Notes under the pieces: generated by a model
Seen by the model: only the letters and a program-made list of their open reading frames with translations
The model's database searches: none
Told to the model about the DNA's origin: nothing
Shown here: in pieces, positions 1-12,310 of the stretch
How positions within the stretch are numbered: the stretch's first letter is position 1
Layout: every line of letters begins with the position of its first letter
Program-made: the position numbers and the translations under genes
Assembly: GCA_012295275.1 (NCBI GenBank)
Contig: CM022665.1
Coordinates: 13,206,001-13,270,000, forward strand
Reading direction: 5' to 3'
DNA: 64,000 bases
DNA from: Chrysomallon squamiferum
Taxonomy: Eukaryota > Animalia > Mollusca

Positions 1-234
1 TTTCAATACAAATTTTATCTGTTTCAATGAATGATTATAAAATATAATTTACAACATAAAAAAATGAATGTACCTCTTCTGAAAAAGATTTTACCGACAG
101 TGGATTATAAAAGTACTAATTTACAAATTAAGATGCATGCCATTTTAAAACCTACCTCTTTCAATATAAAATTTATCGGTGTATCAATAACATCAGTATA
201 CTAAATAAATGTAAAAGAGTATATTATAATGTAC

Positions 235-352
235 CTCTCTGGATTCCTATGACATCACTTGTACTTAGAATACCACCATGATGCAGGGAAAAGTTTCTCT
301 GTCTGGAAATTTCCGTGGCCTTGTAAGCCACTTCGGTGTTGATCGGAATATT
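235..352 (-). CDS. LRRC74: LRRC74-like coding exon 10; gene continues beyond the window start
   Basis: ttccag...GTACAT, 118 nt. NIPINTEVAYKATEISRQRNFSLHHGGILSTSDVIGIQR, no stop reached. Confidence 0.82.
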
Positions 353-611
353 CTGGAATAAATTAACATAATGTATTATCAATCTGTCAATAGTTAATTG
401 GAATTATCTGAAAACAATTTCTTTTTTGCAAATATTATTATCATTATTTATTTATTTATATCTTCGACGTATAATAATAATAATAATGATGATGATGATG
501 ATTATGTGGGTGATAACAACAGTAAGAAGAACGAAAAACAACATTATGATCATCACCAACATTACAAGACATCAAAAACAACAAGAAGAATAACGAAAAC
601 GATACACTTAC

Positions 612-704
612 CTCCAAACCCAGATGAATTAATCCACACGTTGTCTTTGAGACTGACTCTAACAATTCGTCACATCCCTCCATAGAGATAGGATTTAAAC
701 CCAG
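612..704 (-). CDS. LRRC74: LRRC74-like coding exon 9
   Basis: ttgcag...GTAAGT, 93 nt. LGLNPISMEGCDELLESVSKTTCGLIHLGLE. Confidence 0.88.
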
Positions 705-1668
705 CTGCAAGTAAACCACAGAGTGATTGACTGATTCACTCACTTAATCAACGACTGACTGAATGAGTCAGTATATCATTGACTGACTGGCACACTTATC
801 TTTGAAGACAACAGGCAAGACAAGGCAAGAAGTTTATTTCTCTGAAGACTGCACCGCGTGCAATATTGAGAACATATAAACAATAATTTAAAGAGTATTT
901 TCTGTAGTGGTACAAAACATATTAATTATATCGGAAGACTGGCTCTCTCGATGACAATTTGTAAAATCGGTAAAGTTTATACAATTTTTTTTTTTTTTTT
1001 ATTTATTAATTTTTTTTTGTCTAAGTGTATAATAATGTTGTATACATTTATTTCTCTCAAAAGATAAAGATGTACAGTTAACAATAGCATGGAACGCAAC
1101 GTCAATATCTGAATTACATAAATGGCATATTCTGTCTTCTCTTTGAGCCGTCTAACCACTTTCTATTGGAAGCTTCACATTACTAGTTCTCATTTTACAT
1201 AATGTTCTAGGATTTTTATTTTATTTTATTTTATTTTATTTAATTTTTTGTTGGTCTTGTCAGCTTTAACAGATAATGTTCTAATTTAAATTCATCTGAA
1301 TGATTGATTAAATCACTTGATTAGTCATTTATCGACATATTTACATATTAACTGAATGAATGAATGAATGAATCACTGACTGACTGAGTGGTTTAATTAT
1401 TGATTGAAAAACAAAACGATATTATTTTAACAATAGCAATAAACGGTTTCACATATCAAATACGTGACTCATGTGTATTGGTAATACAAACGACGAAATC
1501 TGTTGCTGCTTCTCTTATTAATTTGCATCATTTTTCAATTAATTAATAAAAACTTTAATTAGTTAGTTGGTTGGTTATTTGTTTTGTTTTTCTGTCTCTA
1601 TATGCACAGATACACAGAATACATCAATTAAATAAATGTTGCTGTAAGACAAATACTTGTCTTCTTAC

Positions 1669-1863
1669 CTCCAGAACCTGCAAACTTTTATTAACCCTCA
1701 GACCACGGCCGATGTAGGGGACACATTCCCAGTTGATGCGGTTGTTTGTCAGGTCCAACGTCGCCAACATCTTGTTTGATTTGAGCGCCTCTCCGATAGC
1801 CAGACTTCCTTCGAAACCCAAACCATTCCAGGCTATATTCAGTGTTATCAAACGTTTATTTTT
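1669..1863 (-). CDS. LRRC74: LRRC74-like coding exon 8
   Basis: ttacag...GTAAG, 195 nt. KNKRLITLNIAWNGLGFEGSLAIGEALKSNKMLATLDLTNNRINWE... resembles LRRC74A/B LRR units (from recall). Confidence 0.92.
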
Positions 1864-2251
1864 CTGTAATAAAATTTGCACATTACATTACTGACTGATG
1901 ATTTATTGTTTGTTGTTGTTGTTATTTTTTTTTCCTATTGTTATTATTATTATTACTTTTACTACTGTTAATATGATGATGGTGATGATACGTATGTACT
2001 GTTTTACCAGTGTATAATTTCCCAGTTTGTACCACAATTCACTGTACAAAGTTCTCAGTTAATACAAATTATTAATATAATCGGCTGACCTATATGCACG
2101 TAAATGTGTTTGCCCTTTGTGCATGATAATTTTATTTAGTTCATTTTGTATTAGTTTTCACGGCAATTCGTTCAGAGAGACTAATACACGAGTACGTAAG
2201 GAACTTGTTTACCTATAAACGTATGCATGATTAGTTTCAGTAATTGTTTAC

Positions 2252-2337
2252 CTGTAAACTTTTGCACAAAGCAACAGCTCCTGCAAGTCTGATCTGATTC
2301 CAGCTGACATCCAAGTGTTCTATAACATCATTTCTAC
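2252..2337 (-). CDS. LRRC74: LRRC74-like coding exon 7
   Basis: tttcag...GTAAAC, 86 nt. (G)RNDVIEHLDVSWNQIRLAGAVALCKSLQ. Confidence 0.9.
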
Positions 2338-2434
2338 CTGAAAGTAAAAACATTAAAACAAAAAAATCAATTCTGTCTGATATCTATATCTCTGAATGCA
2401 TTTATATATGTATGTTGTATATGTGTTGGTGTAT

Positions 2435-2478
<44 letters not shown>

Positions 2479-2665
2479 TGTGTGTGTATGCGTGCGTCCG
2501 CATGTATGTGTATGTAATTCATTTTAAAGTTGCTATATCCTCAAACAATCAAGGATTGAGCTATTATTAGCAAAGATTAGTCGCCAAACATAAACAAAAC
2601 TATCACTTAAAGTGTAATTAGAATGTATATGACAAATATGCATACACTTTTAGTAAAGTTCTTAC

Positions 2666-2747
2666 CTAGTAGTCTACCAATGTGTAACCCGCCGTTCACG
2701 CCAAACGTGTTGTGACTCAGATCCAACCACTTGACTGTCATGTTTTC
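2666..2747 (-). CDS. LRRC74: LRRC74-like coding exon 6
   Basis: tttcag...GTAAG, 82 nt. ENMTVKWLDLSHNTFGVNGGLHIGRLL(G). Confidence 0.9.
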
Positions 2748-3373
2748 CTGAAATTACTTAATTTTAGACCTCAGCTTGGATATGGCTTTTGTAAAGACTC
2801 TAAAGCAGCAACGATTTAACATCGTTTCAATACTTATAAACTATTTCATCTTCGAGTCTTTATCACAGGATCATTCGCGATTACATCTTTTTAAGTTTTG
2901 GCATCCTAGAGCTAGATCACTTTAAGAAGCACTAGTGTATTATACATTTGTATTTTCATTTGTACAAATGTAATGTGTTACTAACTATGAAATTATTTGC
3001 TAAATGTATCATGTGTGCAAGTGTACGTAAACAAATGCGATGTTCTTCAAGGGGATAGCGATGATAATAATTTAATTTTAATTTACCGGATACGCAGTTT
3101 AGCATCGATTTATAAATTCAGTCGTTTTTGAAATGAAAAAATTAACTGTCACGTAGATCTGTCTAAAATACATGCACTGAATGAAATTGTTTTGGGCATA
3201 AATTTGTAACTGAGAAAATACGAAGCAGTGATTTCAAAGTGTATTGGTAAGAGCTTAGTAAACAAATGCGTTGTTCTTGCTAGACTAAGGAGATAGTGTG
3301 TGATAATAATTTAATTTTAATTTCACAGACGTTATTCATTAGATTAACATTTTAAGTTCTATAATAAATTTAC

Positions 3374-3423
3374 CTCCAGTCCGTTAGCTATGTAAGCCAT
3401 ACCGCTATCACCAAGCTGAGTTC
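3374..3423 (-). CDS. LRRC74: LRRC74-like coding exon 5
   Basis: tttcag...GTAAAT, 50 nt. (G)TQLGDSGMAYIANGLE; phases 1 to 0. Confidence 0.88.
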
Positions 3424-3463
3424 CTGAAACAAAATTTAAAAACAAATTTATAAAATTGATATT

Positions 3464-3477
3464 ATCTCCATGACAAC
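3464..3477 (-). promoter_or_regulatory. RFX X-box-like motif in an LRRC74-like intron
   Basis: GTTGTCATGGAGAT on the minus strand, close to the X-box consensus GTTGCCATGGCAAC. Confidence 0.35.
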
Positions 3478-3794
3478 ACTAAATTTATGGGTAGTTATAC
3501 TTATAATCGTATAACTGTAAGTAATTTTAAGATCATAATAACGTATTTGTTTGCTGTTCATAATGTCATCCGTTTTGCACCATGTGACTTCTTCATATTA
3601 ACATTTTATGCTTTTTACAGTACAAGATAACATTTATCACATCTTTAACGTTTTATTAATTAAGCCACATTTGTTCATATTAAGCAGTAACATTCCTTTT
3701 AAAGGTTACTTCATACTGACACATATATGTAATAAGTAAAATTGCATTCTATTTTGAGCTGAGCGTTGTTTCTTTAAAAAGAAGGTTGACGTAC

Positions 3795-3888
3795 CGGACA
3801 AACTGACGTGAGTCAACCAGTTAGTTGTTTGTAGAGTTTCTGAGATCAGTGAGGCACCCGCTTCTCCGATCTGATTGTTGTTGAGGTT
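3795..3888 (-). CDS. LRRC74: LRRC74-like coding exon 4
   Basis: aaag acceptor and GTACGT donor, 94 nt. NLNNNQIGEAGASLISETLQTTNWLTHVSLS(G). Confidence 0.9.
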
Positions 3889-4078
3889 CTTTTATTAAAA
3901 CAAAACCCAACAAAAAACATAAATATACCAAAAAAAAGTACAAATAATTAAAACTTAAAACTGAAGTTAAAATGAATAAATATAATATTTTCATACGTGG
4001 GATTCGGCGAATATAAATCAGTTAGTATGCGTGTGTTGCGTGTGTGTTTATATGTGTACGAGTTGGTGAGTGGATGTC

Positions 4079-4129
<51 letters not shown>

Positions 4130-4238
4130 ATGTGTATGTACGCATGACTGTATGAGTCCGCATATTCGTTTGTAGTAAATTTACTTTTACTGTTATGTCT
4201 GATTGTAATTGCAGTGAATCTAATTCAGAAAAATCAGA

Positions 4239-4342
<104 letters not shown>

Positions 4343-4353
4343 GTGTTACTCAC

Positions 4354-4461
4354 AAGTTTAGTGATGAAGTAATTGTTTTTGAGGAGATCGGTCACGTAAG
4401 ACATACATTTGTCATCTAGACCATTGTCATCAAGATCAAGTTCCTCTATTCTTGTGTTATG
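4354..4461 (-). CDS. LRRC74: LRRC74-like coding exon 3
   Basis: tttcag...GTGAGT, 108 nt. HNTRIEELDLDDNGLDDKCMSYVTDLLKNNYFITKL is an RI-like LRR (LxLxxNxL). Confidence 0.9.
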
Positions 4462-4704
4462 CTGAAACAGATGAAAGAACATGTTTAAATATTAAAAACA
4501 TAGAACCGAACTGCAATCCTAAATGGCGTAAAGTTTACGTGGAACTGTTCTCAGTTACAGCTTCTGTCAGAGTTAATTGTCACAGTACTGAATACATTTG
4601 TAATAGAATACAAAAATAGTTTTATAATAATGATAATAATAATAATGATGATTATAGTGGTGGTGGTGGTGATGATGATGATTGTGATACTACTACTACT
4701 ACTA

Positions 4705-4758
<54 letters not shown>

Positions 4759-4887
4759 ATAATAATAATAATAATAATAATATAAAATTACGAAGATACT
4801 GATGGATAAATAAAACAGTTTTTCATGCACACAAAAAAGATAAAACGAAAACAAAAATAATCAGACCGACAACTAATAAATACTCAC

Positions 4888-5102
4888 TAATAACGCAACT
4901 GATAAAGCTTTCATTTCAGTCCGGTTTAGACCCAGATGTTGTAGATTCATTTTTGAGGACCACAGTTGATTAAGGACTCGTCTTAAAGGAGTTGTACTGA
5001 ATTTGGCACACGCCTCCTCGTACGAGTGGTGACCTATATCTGTGTCTTGGCGGGAAATCGTCATGCGGCGTTCTTTTTGGCGGGAATTGAAGTCTTCTGA
5101 TG
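4888..5102 (-). CDS. LRRC74: LRRC74-like coding exon 2
   Basis: tttcag acceptor and GTGAGT donor. Encodes (T)SEDFNSRQKERRMTISRQ...MNLQHLGLNRTEMKALSVALL; phases 1 to 0. Confidence 0.85.
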
Positions 5103-5199
5103 CTGAAATGTCATAAAATATAAATTTAACAACATCTCAACACGATATCTTGTTATTCACTGCCAAAACAAACACTTTACAAATGCTGGTGATCGGCAG

Positions 5200-5476
5200 A
5201 GTAAGTTGGGTTCTCTGCGCCTGGGGGCGAATATAGTTTTGGTGCCCCCACCTCAGTTATCCCTGAAATGTTTTACTGTATATGTTCTGTGACTCATTAT
5301 CCTGTGGAATCAAGAATCAGTTGCTATCTCAGATATAGTCTCCCAATATCACTGCGCCAAGAAATAAGGATATTAACAGGCAATTAAAAAATAAAATAAT
5401 AATAACAGTATAAAAATCTGCGCCCCTTTACATCTATTCTCGGGAGCGACCTCCCCTCACCCTTGCTACCCCCTTG
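5200..5476. mobile_element. Degenerate MITE-like insertion in an LRRC74-like intron
   Basis: GC-rich GCGCCC/GGGGCG motifs and a GCTACCCCCTTG end, like hAT-derived MITE termini. No TSD seen. Confidence 0.35.
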
Positions 5477-6083
5477 CTATGCCTCTACTGGTAATACTTC
5501 AGAACACACTGCTGATACTGACTGGAAAGACACACTAACAAGTAATAATAATATGAGTAAATAAAATAATAAGTTTGTGGAAAGAAAAAACACACACCAG
5601 AAACCACCAATGCTGCATAATTGTTCCATTATTCTCGACTTTATTATTAGCAAAGGCTGGTGACTAGTACAGATAACTCGGAAGTCATTCACTGTTTATT
5701 TACGCTCTGTGTATGTATCACTACAGGTATTTTAATACTTGATTTGATCAGTGTGGCAGTAAACAGTTGTTTCGTAACCTTAGTGATGTGAGCTGGTTAA
5801 TAATGTACACGGATGAGACGTACTAATTAACTGGAATAACATTCTGACATCGCCCGATAACACCGAAGTTTATTTACTTGCATACGCTTAATTATTTCTA
5901 ACTCACCTTTGATCAGGTGAATAATTTAAATGCATGAGATACTGACTGGTGCCTAATAACTTTCTGTTTCATAAAAATTACAAAGCGTATACAAAAGTTT
6001 ATGGTTAAAAAATTTGTAATAAAAAAAAAAAATAATTAAATAAATAAATAAATAAATAAATATAAATATAAATAAAAAAAAAA

Positions 6084-6130
<47 letters not shown>

Positions 6131-6823
6131 ATATAAATATAATAAAAAAATAAATAAAAAATAAAAAAGCATCATGTGGCACATCAGGTTTGCCCTTGAT
6201 ATGTTTTTATCATTGGTCTGTAATTTCTATGAAAGAGAAAGATATATGACCCCATCTATGATTCACGCCTTTAAAAATAAAATTAAAAATTAAAAAAAAG
6301 AAGCTTATTTGCTTTTACTCTGTCTTAATTCTGAGTCCTGGGACAGAAATAGCTGAATAGTTAAAATGAAACTGCGGATGATTAAACTGGTTTTATTTGA
6401 TTTTACTTGTAAAACAAATTGTTTTTAAAACTATAAAACCAACAACATCGTTGGTCCGGAGAGATACTAAAATAAATAAGTAAAAGTAAAAGAAGAGGAA
6501 GAAGAAAGAAACAAATATATATCATTTATATAATTTTTATGAAACCACTTTGGATAACATTGATGATAATCATATTAAAACAAACAAACAAATAAATAAA
6601 AATCAGTGGAGGATTCTGAATTTCAAAAAACGCGGGTGGTGTTATCATTAATAAGCAACCGTGCATATAACTTTCACCTATAAATTTCCCCCAAAATGGG
6701 GAAAATAAAAAAGAAATAAAAAACACAAAACACCCCACAGAAAAACCCAGAGGAGGTTATGTTCCCGTGCTTCTTGATCTATATATGAAAACGTTTGTGT
6801 GACAGACTAACATGAATACTCAC

Positions 6824-7961
6824 TATCTAGCTCAAGATCCGTATCGTATCCGTCTTCGGGAGATTCTGTTTTCAGCTTCTCTTTAACAATTTTCGGAACA
6901 GTCAGACATCTTCCAATGGATCTCAGTCTCAGTAAACTTTTCGACGCTTTAGGTTCAGGACTAGCGTTGCCAGACTTGCCGGGAGTTTTAACAGAGGCAG
7001 ACGAATACGTCTCTGATAAAAGGTTACTTCGTGACGTCGGTCTGAAAGGGTCCTCGATTCCGTGAAATGGGCTGTCATTCTGGCGTTGATTTGGCGACAC
7101 TCGTTTGACGACTTTTCTTTCCTCGCGAGGTGAACTGTCAGCACCTGGACTGAGACGTGAGCTGGCTTCGCTCGGCGTGTCAAAGCGAAATCCTTTACTG
7201 GGTGTTCTACATACTTCTGGAGTCAGTAATAAGTTCATTTCCAGAGACGGTGGAAAGATTGTGTCATTGTAGTTATCTCTCCTTGATGAAGGACTCTTTT
7301 GTGAGATCATTTCAGGGGACGATTTTTTAATTTCAACTGCAGATCCTTTTGATTTAGCTGATCTCCTTCTTGAATTCCTTATTACACCAGGTCCATGTTT
7401 ATCAAGATCAACATCATCATCTTCGTCGGCGTAATAATCATTTTTCCTTTCTTTGGCAGAACCAGTTCTGTTTCCAAACGACTCTCTCGTTTCATTTCTT
7501 CTATTCTGCCTCTTTGCACTTCGACGTCTGTATTTTTTACTGTTTGATTCGGAGTCCTCTCCTGTGTCGGATGAATCTTTTATTTTTGAAGAATAATCTT
7601 TAACATAATGATCCGTCCTTTCACCGTCTGAGTCTTTTACATTTTCACTTCTGGATCTGGATCTACGAACTGTTTTAATAATCTCTTCGTCAGTTTCCTT
7701 GATTTCTTTCTCAAATCTAACGGGACTTCGCTGTTTGTCTGAAAATTTCCCTCCCTTTATGTTCTGTTCATTATTCTGAGTTTTTGATGGATCTTGAGAT
7801 AAGTTTTTTCTTCTGGTTTTGCTCTTGTCATCTTCATCGTCAGCTATTTCTCTATTACGATTGTTAATTAAACGTGAAGATATTTCTTCTGTATCACTAG
7901 CACCGTCTCCTGGTTTCCTCGTTAGCTTATCCACGGAGGTTCTGACGTCATCCATTTGCAT
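6824..7961 (-). CDS. LRRC74: LRRC74-like LRR protein, coding exon 1 (long charged, Ser/Arg-rich N-terminus)
   Basis: 384-aa ORF from ATG 7961. Acceptor CAG just upstream (7988-7986). GTGAGT donor at 6823 (phase 1) after ...DGYDTDLELD, in phase with the next exon. Confidence 0.8.
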
Positions 7962-8412
7962 CCCTTAATTATAGTAATAGGTACACTGCAAAACAAAATG
8001 TTAAATGATAGGTGACGTGAATTTTAAATTTAAATTAGAAAACTTCACTGCTATAAAAAGTTAAAATGTGCGTATATTTTATTAATTTGTATCACAGATA
8101 TAATTTAACTTCTTGTTTCCAAAAACATCTAACAATGTTAGAATATAGTCAGCTGTTACGGACATACTTGCACGCATGCACATACATACATATATATACA
8201 TACATACATACGTGTTTGTGTGTGTGTGTGTGTGTGTGTGAATATATATATATATTCGTAGTTTATTCTTTATTTATAATGGAAAGAGAGAGAAGAAAAA
8301 TGAAACTGAAAGATGTTGAATATGTAAATAACATTTACTACAGACTTTAATTCATCGGCTGTCTTATTATAACTCTAATATGAATATAATACTGTAATAA
8401 AGATATACTTAC

Positions 8413-8500
8413 AACAGTTAATGGCTGCTGACAGAAACCACAAACTGTTCCTGAAGTTGTAATATTATGACTGGTCGTGTTACTTTGTTTATTCTCAATC
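8413..8500 (-). other. Probable non-coding 5' exon of the LRRC74-like gene
   Basis: GTAAGT donor at 8412 lies upstream of the acceptor at 7986. The 5' boundary is a guess. Confidence 0.45.
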
Positions 8501-10539
8501 CTCTCCACCTACCACAGGGCCGGAGCTGGCGTTTCAAAAGGTGGGGTAAGTATTTTATAGTTAATTTAAAAAAAAAATTCTTTGAAGTTAATTAAACATC
8601 ACAAAATTATCAGTGAAAACAATTTTATATGCAAACGTTAATTTAGTATCGGTTATGGCGTTATTCATAAACATTCATTTCTTTATTTCTTAAAGGTAAA
8701 GCGGCATTTGTTGAAATGGTGGCGCCCTCTCAGTCGCTGATTTTACCTGTGAGAGGCCCTGGGTAATCAGATCTAAAATATTAATGAGGTTGTTTTAATT
8801 AACTTTCAGTGTTTGGGTAGGTTGGTCTTCTGATTCTGACATTATAAATTAATGAAACCTGATATTAAAAGTCAACACGCGACTGACGTTACTAATGAGA
8901 AAAACAAAGAACAACAATCATTTTACTGAGATGGTGTCTAGTTTTGTTGTTTTGTTTTTATCCGGGTTGTTTCCTTTTTATTACTTTTGGCTTTTGGGGG
9001 GTACTGGTAGAGATAATTATTTTATTATATTTTATTAATTAATTAATTTATTTACTTATGTTTCAAAAAATAAAATACAGACGCTATAAATAAAATTAGA
9101 AGATGATAAATTCTTTAAAATAACAATTGTGTAAGTATATTTTGATGTGTACTTTGTGTGTATAATAAAAACTACAGCATATAATTAATTACCTGTTTGT
9201 TGTTGTTTTGGTTATACTACTACTACTACTACTACTACTACTAATAATAATAATAATAATTTCAAAATTACAGCAGCAGCAACAGCAACAACAACAACAT
9301 CAACAAAAAAACACAACAATCAACATCATTATAATTATCATCAACATAATCATAATAGTAATATTTTCTCAGGTTTCAGGAATGCAAATTGGCAGAATGT
9401 TACATCCCGTCATAATCAAATCACAGTCTCTGTTTCATTTCTTTATTTTTGCTGAAATTACTTCTTTTTTTTTCAACACGTACTTTATATTAGATATTAT
9501 AAAATAAATAAATAAATAAATAATACAACCCACTAATGTTCGTCTCTAATTTTCATTAAAAAATATATCTTTTAGAGTATATCGTTCCTTTTTTTTTTTT
9601 ACTTTTATGTTAACAATTCATGGAAACTTTCATTTTAATCCTGAATAAGAATTCACACGTGATTATATTATTAGAAAGTGATTCAAGGATGCCTGCAATG
9701 CGACTAATTTTAATAATGTTTCGTGCTGTGAGAAAAACGAAAAAGTAAAAGAATTAAAGAAAAATAACAAAATACACAGATGTTTTATCAAAACTTTTTT
9801 CAGTTAACAGATTGCTTTGTTTTTGTGACATGTCGAAAGCAAACAAATTAACAACAACAACAACAACAATAACAACAACTATTACTACTACTATTATTAT
9901 TATTATGTTACAGCAGCACATTTTTAACTTTAAGGAAGTGTTTGAAAGATATTTATTAGTACTGCTACACTTATATCAAAAAGAAATAAAAAACCCACCA
10001 AAATCTTTATAATAATTATTTGTCCTCATCAAATATTTTGTCATTATACATTTTTTCCTTCGTTTTTTTTTTTTATTTAAAAAAAAAAAAGAAGATAAAT
10101 AGAATTAAATTAAAAAAAATTAAAAATAGAAGAATGAAGAAAACAAACAAACCAAATATATATTTTTCACCCAGCTGATTCTAATCGTACAGGTGTTGCT
10201 TTTATGACATTATTCTCATCGTGGATGTTTTAAATCTTTACTTCTGGTGTTTCTTAATACTATTAAATTAAAATGTCGTAAATATTCATCACTTGACACT
10301 GAGAGAATGAAGACAACGTGAAACAGCGAATTAACTGTTATTTCAATACTACAACATTAATCAGTTCGATTACTCACAAGATAATCCTTTTGATTACTAA
10401 AAGGTTAATCAGTTTGGTGACACAAACCATGTCAGAGATGACTCAAAGGTTCGATTAAATATCACCCGTTTCCTTGTTAATTGTACGTCATTCTTTACAG
10501 TTATTAGAAACTTGGAGAAACAGGGTGTTCAGAACTGCA

Positions 10540-11094
10540 ATGTCTTACAATGATTCCAACAGAGCTTACAATGATTTGGACTGTCCGAATTCAAGCAGTG
10601 TTTATGAATCAGATTATTTTAATATGTCGTTGATGGAAGCGATTTGCAGTTTGGACGGAAGCCAGGATAATATTACTAATTTAGATAAATGTTTATCTTG
10701 TACAGACAACAATCGAACCGAAAACGCCAATAAGAAGAATCGACCTAACGGACTGTGTGAATTTGAATCTTCTAATTTGCTAGACACGGCGTTTATGCTC
10801 GAAGGAAGTTCATTCGTTCACGCGACGGAGGAAAATTCATACAGAACGGCAGCTCAATCTGATGAGAGTATTTGTCGTCAAAGATTAGACTGCATCAGAC
10901 GTAGCCGCAGTTACGAAACAAAATCTTTTGTGGGATCTTTTCAAACACGGGAAAGCGACGATCTGCTGGATGTATATGCGAGATTTGACGATGTTGTAAA
11001 CAATACGTCAAAAAGACGTGGTTTTCCTTTTAATCGAAATGCTGATAAGAAAGTGTGTAGCTGGTACGTAATCAAAGAAGAGAGACACGTTTGA
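10540..11094 (+). CDS. Uncharacterised 184-aa protein (single coding exon)
   Basis: Long ORF in AT-rich DNA with raised GC. Acceptor ttctttacag at 10500, ATG at 10540, AATAAA about 75 nt after the stop. No recognisable domain. Confidence 0.6.
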   Translation: MSYNDSNRAYNDLDCPNSSSVYESDYFNMSLMEAICSLDGSQDNITNLDKCLSCTDNNRTENANKKNRPNGLCEFESSNLLDTAFMLEGSSFVHATEENSYRTAAQSDESICRQRLDCIRRSRSYETKSFVGSFQTRESDDLLDVYARFDDVVNNTSKRRGFPFNRNADKKVCSWYVIKEERHV

Positions 11095-11589
11095 AACAGA
11101 AAACTCTGAAACCCATGACATTACTAAACATTTAGTGCTACAAATTTGTATGTGATACATAACATTTATAATAAAATATGTTAATTTTTTAACTCATTGT
11201 TCTTTTTTTGATATTTTGGACAAAATTCCGAAAACAATTTCGTATCTGAATTTACGATCCACGTCTTGAAGAATTTTTTTATTTGTTTTTTATTTTTTTA
11301 TTTTTTGTTTTATTATTTTATTATTATTATTTTTTTTTTTAACGTTATTTTCATATACAAACTATATACATTCGCTTGTCCATTTAACGGACCCCTATTT
11401 GCCGGCTTTCGAAAAATTCGGGCAAAATCTGGGAAATGTACAAATATTCTTGAATCAACCGAAATTCGGACCCGTTCGGGAGTTAGCGAAGCGTCCGAAA
11501 GTTGTCTTCTCGGGCCCTCTAGTCTGTTTGTTTAAAATTTCATTTAGTGAAAATTTAGTAAAAATACTTGAGAAACTATTCATAAAAAT

Positions 11590-12310
11590 GCACAGATAAA
11601 TTTAGCCGTTTTCTTTAGCCATTTACTATTAAGTCTAGCCAGTTTTTAGCCATTTTCAAAGCTAGTTCTCGCCGATTTCTGTATGAGCCATCTGGCAACA
11701 CTGCCTCCCACTTACCTAGTGTTGTACTCGCACTTGCAGTGACATGTAGTTAGTTTTGTTTGAGTGATTCTTAACCCTTTAAAAATGAGTGTAAGAAAGA
11801 GAAAGTTCATCGATGATTTTTTGAAGTGGGGATTCACTGACATAGTTATTGCAGGTGTGGAAAGACCAACTTCTCATCCTTAAAAACAAGTACCGAAATA
11901 AATTAAATGTGGAAGACGACATGAGGTGTGCTATATCGACAACGGAGCCCAGGAGAGAATCGCTAGCTAAAAAACTGCAATACCAGCCGTCTCATTAAGG
12001 TCAGTTCATAAACATACTTTACATAACGGTGGAAATTTGTGTGTTCGAATAATTTTGAATTGATTTGCAATTAATTAATGTTTGTAGGAGCTTTGGAATT
12101 TTTTATGAATAAATTTGAAATTAATCATGCATTTACGGAATGTATAGTTACTTCACGAATAAATAATCTATAATTCAATAATGGCAATATATGGCAGTTT
12201 GTTGTACAAAAAAATGAATGTATATATATAAGATATTTTAAGGATTGGGGTCGCTTTCTGATTGTTTGTTCTAAAATGGGTCGCTATATTTGAAAGGTTG
12301 GGAACCACTG
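11590..12310 (+). mobile_element. Internally deleted hAT (Buster/Charlie-type) DNA transposon
   Basis: 11785 MSVRKRKFIDDFLKWGFTDIVIAGVERP resembles a Buster N-terminus. It is joined out of frame to LLILKNKYRNKLNVEDDMRCAISTTEPR...QPSH* (stop 11998), the C-terminal hAT tail. Right TIR AGGTTGGGAACCACTG ends at 12310, followed by GTTTACAT (nnnTAnnn). Left TIR not found. Confidence 0.85.

Noticed and set aside
3026-3325. ~60-bp direct repeat (GTAAACAAATGCG...GATAATAATTTAATTTTAATTT) in an intron
   Set aside because: An ordinary short local duplication with no sign of function.
8515-8761. CAGGGCC...GGCCCTG possible MITE in the divergent promoter region
   Set aside because: Only a 7-bp inverted match and no target-site duplication.
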